From a virus, in the IMG/VR virus record IMGVR_UViG_3300007517_000005, positions 1-64,000 of that record: 64,000 nt of DNA. One strand, written 5' to 3'. The position numbers and the translations under genes were made by a program. Positions 60,720 through 64,000 of the stretch are shown here, piece by piece. The notes under the pieces were generated by a model. It saw nothing but the letters and a program-made list of their open reading frames with translations, had not been told where the DNA came from and searched no databases. Position 1 is the stretch's first letter. Every line of letters begins with the position of its first letter.

Positions 60720-60759
60720 GATCACATCCCCTATCACAAATGAGTACATACAGACTTAC

Positions 60760-61182
60760 ATGAGTGCCAACCCCTTATATGTACTAGAGACAGATTGCTG
60801 TCATGTAAGCACAGGCATTGGGGGCTGGCCCTCCGTTACCGCAACCAAAGAGAGGATATGTATACTACCACCTGAGCATACCTGGTTACTAGATATACAG
60901 GAAATGGGAATGTGCTGGGACTTCAAGGTACATATATTCCATTACGTTAATACAGCCGCAGGTGAGTCTATAACGGACTTACAGGTTCGTGATAACCCCC
61001 ATAGGTTCTACATCAATCACCACCATACCAGTCCCAATACACTCTATACAGTACTACCTATATTATTGTTTAATAGAGTAGAAGTGTTAAGTGCACACAA
61101 CCCTGCTGATATAATAATAATGAGCCGCACAAGTACATATAAACTACCACCCCTATTAGATATGAGTGACTCCCCATGGTAA
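60760..61182 (+). CDS. Hypothetical protein, paralog of 61197..61523
   Basis: ICILPP...WLLD...IFHYV...GE...FYI shared with the next gene. Confidence 0.6.
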   Translation: MSANPLYVLETDCCHVSTGIGGWPSVTATKERICILPPEHTWLLDIQEMGMCWDFKVHIFHYVNTAAGESITDLQVRDNPHRFYINHHHTSPNTLYTVLPILLFNRVEVLSAHNPADIIIMSRTSTYKLPPLLDMSDSPW

Positions 61183-61196
61183 GTATAAGTAACACA

Positions 61197-61523
61197 ATGA
61201 ATAATACAGCGGCCCTACAGACCCCATCTGACCTATACGTAATAGATATCCAATATAAGTATGTGGGAGACGATAAGGTATACAGCGGTAAGATAGCAGT
61301 ACTACCACCTGCATATAGATGGTTACTAGATGCCGATACACGGGTACACCCCATACCAGAACAATGGTCTACCTTTGATAAGACCATATACCATTACGTG
61401 GATGTGGCATTGGGTGAGAACCTCATGCAATTAATACACATGAATAACGCACATGGATTCTACATCGTGGGTAATGCACGGGCCCATATCTTAACAACAT
61501 ACATAAAGGAGATGAGTATATGA
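61197..61523 (+). CDS. Hypothetical protein, paralog of 60760..61182
   Basis: IAVLPP...WLLD...IYHYV...GE...FYI. Confidence 0.6.
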   Translation: MNNTAALQTPSDLYVIDIQYKYVGDDKVYSGKIAVLPPAYRWLLDADTRVHPIPEQWSTFDKTIYHYVDVALGENLMQLIHMNNAHGFYIVGNARAHILTTYIKEMSI

Positions 61524-61762
61524 GTACAGGTGCACGGCACGTCCCTGATGCAGGTAATGACATAGAGTATGCAGTACATAATGTACTAGGTAGGGTGCGG
61601 CATAAGGCACTTGAGCTAGTGCTACACAAACATGATAATAATCCAGAGATAACTATAGACGAGGTAGAACGAGAAGCTGAGGAGATAGTAGAGTTATGGG
61701 TAAGGGATAATATGGTGGTGAGGGTGAATCCCATCAACAATACACCTAAAGAGGTTACATGA
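61520..61762 (+). CDS. Hypothetical protein
   Basis: ATGA-coupled, AAGGAG RBS. Confidence 0.6.
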   Translation: MSTGARHVPDAGNDIEYAVHNVLGRVRHKALELVLHKHDNNPEITIDEVEREAEEIVELWVRDNMVVRVNPINNTPKEVT

Positions 61763-62034
61763 GTGATTCAGAACATCTAAGAGATATATTCGCACGTATA
61801 CGGGGTAAGGCGTATTATACCGCTTTACTTAAGACGATGAACAGATACACCGGGCCGTTAACTCCTGAGTTAGGAGATATCATAGTAGAGGAAGCGACAG
61901 CCTTAATTGATAAGTGGGAGCGTAAGGGAGTGTTCAAGGATAACATTACGGTCAGTGTAAGTAAAGAGTCGGGCCCCAAACACATAGATATAAGCATAGG
62001 GATATCAAATATAACAATACCGACTGACCGTTAA
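61759..62034 (+). CDS. Hypothetical protein
   Basis: ATGA-coupled; weak similarity to the previous gene. Confidence 0.6.
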   Translation: MSDSEHLRDIFARIRGKAYYTALLKTMNRYTGPLTPELGDIIVEEATALIDKWERKGVFKDNITVSVSKESGPKHIDISIGISNITIPTDR

Positions 62035-62189
62035 ACGTAAGGTCAGTGGATAATATACAGGTACTCCCTGAGCTTAGCTAAATCGTGGTATATGCCACCT
62101 ACCTCTGAGGGATATATATACATGTAGGTACCCCCCCCCCCCCTGCTGTATGTAGGCCACGCTGGTATATCATCCCACTGAGGTAGTAT

Positions 62190-62570
62190 ATGAATCTAGA
62201 CAGAGTAATCAGTACGTTGAAGAGGTTCATTGGTGATGCCAATGAGTCTACCTACACACAGGTAGGCAGCATATGGTTATCGCACCACGATCGTTGTCAC
62301 TTAGAAGTGGCCGCCCTCCCTGCCTTACCCATGGGCGGAGTGATGGTCACTGGTATTGCAGGTGTCTGCGTACCAGAGTTTGGTAATCAAGAGTGTACTC
62401 CCAAGTACAGTGGTCTGTACGATGAGTGCAGAGTGGCTATTCATCAGGCATTGGTGTATCCATCCCCATGTGGATACCTTCGACTATTTAAATGGTACCT
62501 CTGGATGATGTCCAGAGGTATCAATCCTATCAGTACTGTAATGGTACACAAAGGAATGTTATGTTCATAA
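62190..62570 (+). CDS. Hypothetical protein
   Basis: GAGG RBS. Confidence 0.55.
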   Translation: MNLDRVISTLKRFIGDANESTYTQVGSIWLSHHDRCHLEVAALPALPMGGVMVTGIAGVCVPEFGNQECTPKYSGLYDECRVAIHQALVYPSPCGYLRLFKWYLWMMSRGINPISTVMVHKGMLCS

Positions 62571-62757
62571 TCAAGAGTGTAGGCTTAGTTATAGGAGTAT
62601 GTGTTGGTTTGTACCTCACATACTCCTTGAAAGTATATCTGGGTATCAATCTAGATATAGCAGGGGATGAGCACTTCCCTTCAGTCATTGAGAGGAAGTC
62701 TCACGGAGTGATTAAATGTAGATGGTTCCCCAACCATCACCATTGTAAGTAGTAATA

Positions 62758-63474
62758 TAGTAGGCCCTACCCATGGGCCTATTATTGTACTCTATCAATT
62801 TAGTCCCATGTTAGTATTAGCTCTGTCTGTTGTCTCCGTGGTATGTGTGGTATCTATTGTATCAGTCGTGTATTTGTACCAACAAGTACAGTCGATGAAA
62901 GCTCAATTGGTGGCAGCACACACCAATACCTCGTTCGATTGTCTCACTCGCACTGGTGTGCGGGTCACGTGGAAGGGCGGTCGGCAGGGATTGATCTTTA
63001 TGGATCTAGATCACATGCACGGCTTGAATAGCCTCCTAGGTTATGCACAAGTAGATGCACTGATCCACCGCGCCCTTGCTACCTTGCGTAGCACCGATGC
63101 AGTATCATCGATCGGGCAATGGATGAGTGGTGATGAGTTCATCATCACCTGCTTTGCAGGTGAGGAAGTGGGTCTCGCCACGCGGCTGCGTGGTGTCATG
63201 AGTGATATCACTCAAGAGTTACGGATGGATTCATCCATCCAAGCTAAGCATGCAGAGTTACTGGCTACGGATGCTCGGTATGGCATGTCAGCACCTACGT
63301 TTGCAGCCACCTATGGCTGTGTCACCACAGTGACAGGTGCATCACTAGAAACAGAGGTGAACCGCGCCTCTTTTAAGGTACAGGCTGCAAAGGCCGCCAA
63401 TGATCGTGGAACTGTAAACTAGGCTCTGTATATTTATCTAGTAGTAGGCCCTACCCATGGGCCTATTATTGTAC
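62758..63474 (+). promoter_or_regulatory. Identical 33-bp hairpin-containing intergenic repeat upstream of two consecutive genes
   Basis: TAGTAGGCCCTACCCATGGGCCTATTATTGTAC at 62758-62790 and 63442-63474. Confidence 0.6.
62808..63422 (+). CDS. Membrane-anchored GGDEF-domain (diguanylate cyclase-like) protein
   Basis: N-terminal TM; DCLT, IFMDLDHMHGLN..LGY..VD, SGDEF. Confidence 0.8.
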   Translation: MLVLALSVVSVVCVVSIVSVVYLYQQVQSMKAQLVAAHTNTSFDCLTRTGVRVTWKGGRQGLIFMDLDHMHGLNSLLGYAQVDALIHRALATLRSTDAVSSIGQWMSGDEFIITCFAGEEVGLATRLRGVMSDITQELRMDSSIQAKHAELLATDARYGMSAPTFAATYGCVTTVTGASLETEVNRASFKVQAAKAANDRGTVN

Positions 63475-63494
63475 ATACTCAAAGGATAAAGATC

Positions 63495-64000
63495 ATGACT
63501 AACTCTAACTTCGATTACGTAAACAACTACACTCCCGAAGTGGGTGTAGCAATGGACTACTACGCAGCGTCACTGGGTGAGATGTTTGCAGCAGAAGAAG
63601 CATTAAATGTCGCCAAAGAAGCAGAAGAAACAGCATTAGCAGAAGCTGATGCAGCCTCACTACTCAATCACACACAAGAAGAATATCAGTACTACCACCG
63701 TACAGTGGTAGCATTGTGTGCAGCAGAAGATGCAACCTCTGCCGCCCGTACAAACTACGATGCTGCGTGTGCAGCATGTCTAATTCAATTAGACAATCTC
63801 TTAGCCGCAGAGGCAGCAGTATTGTACAACTTATACTGGGACGCCCAGTTAACGGTGTACGCTGCTGAAGAAGCAGAAGAAGCTGCATTAGCAGAAGCTG
63901 ATGCAGCGTCCTTACTAGATCACACGCGCGAAGAGTATCAGTATTATCAACAGACAGTAGTAAAACTACGCACTGCGGAGGAGGCTGTGATAGCAGCCTG
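63495..64000 (+). CDS. Acidic Ala/Glu-rich repeat protein (runs off window end; absent from the ORF track)
   Basis: Manual translation MTNSNFDYVNN...; EAEE.ALAEADAASLL.HT.EEYQYY..TVV.L..AE occurs twice. Confidence 0.75.
   Translation, partial: MTNSNFDYVNNYTPEVGVAMDYYAASLGEMFAAEEALNVAKEAEETALAEADAASLLNHTQEEYQYYHRTVVALCAAEDATSAARTNYDAACAACLIQLDNLLAAEAAVLYNLYWDAQLTVYAAEEAEEAALAEADAASLLDHTREEYQYYQQTVVKLRTAEEAVIAA

Overview
The window is a 64-kb segment of a large contractile-tailed (myovirus-type) dsDNA phage. The host is probably a cyanobacterium, inferred from the cyanobacterial-type IS607 and IscB relics. Bases 1-43.6 kb are a mostly minus-strand virion module: baseplate J, wedge, lysins, spike with a beta-lactamase-fold domain, hub, tube, sheath, neck, capsid, protease, portal, a tail chaperone with a -1 frameshift, a 3897-aa giant protein and PAAR. 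Bases 43.7-64 kb are a mostly plus-strand early/accessory region: nucleotidyltransferase, nucleases, HigA, HNH, tRNA-Asn, a GGDEF protein and many orphans. Main observations: (1) the 3897-aa protein carries motifs of both RNA-polymerase barrels (beta-like and beta'-like, DYDGD) fused to an N-terminal two-motif phospholipase-D-family domain and a hydrophobic C-terminus, a candidate single-chain virion RNA polymerase with an unusual architecture; (2) at least four families of 21-32-bp micro-elements (about 35 copies) insert at short target motifs, in tandem or nested, add 7-9-aa peptides to intact genes, and break genes when their length is not a multiple of 3; (3) orphan OMEGA guide-RNA relics (HEARO/omegaRNA without IscB, inserted in an ATGA start codon; a deleted IS607-TnpB); (4) an unannotated programmed -1 frameshift ORF. 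All assignments are by eye from motifs; no database searches were run.
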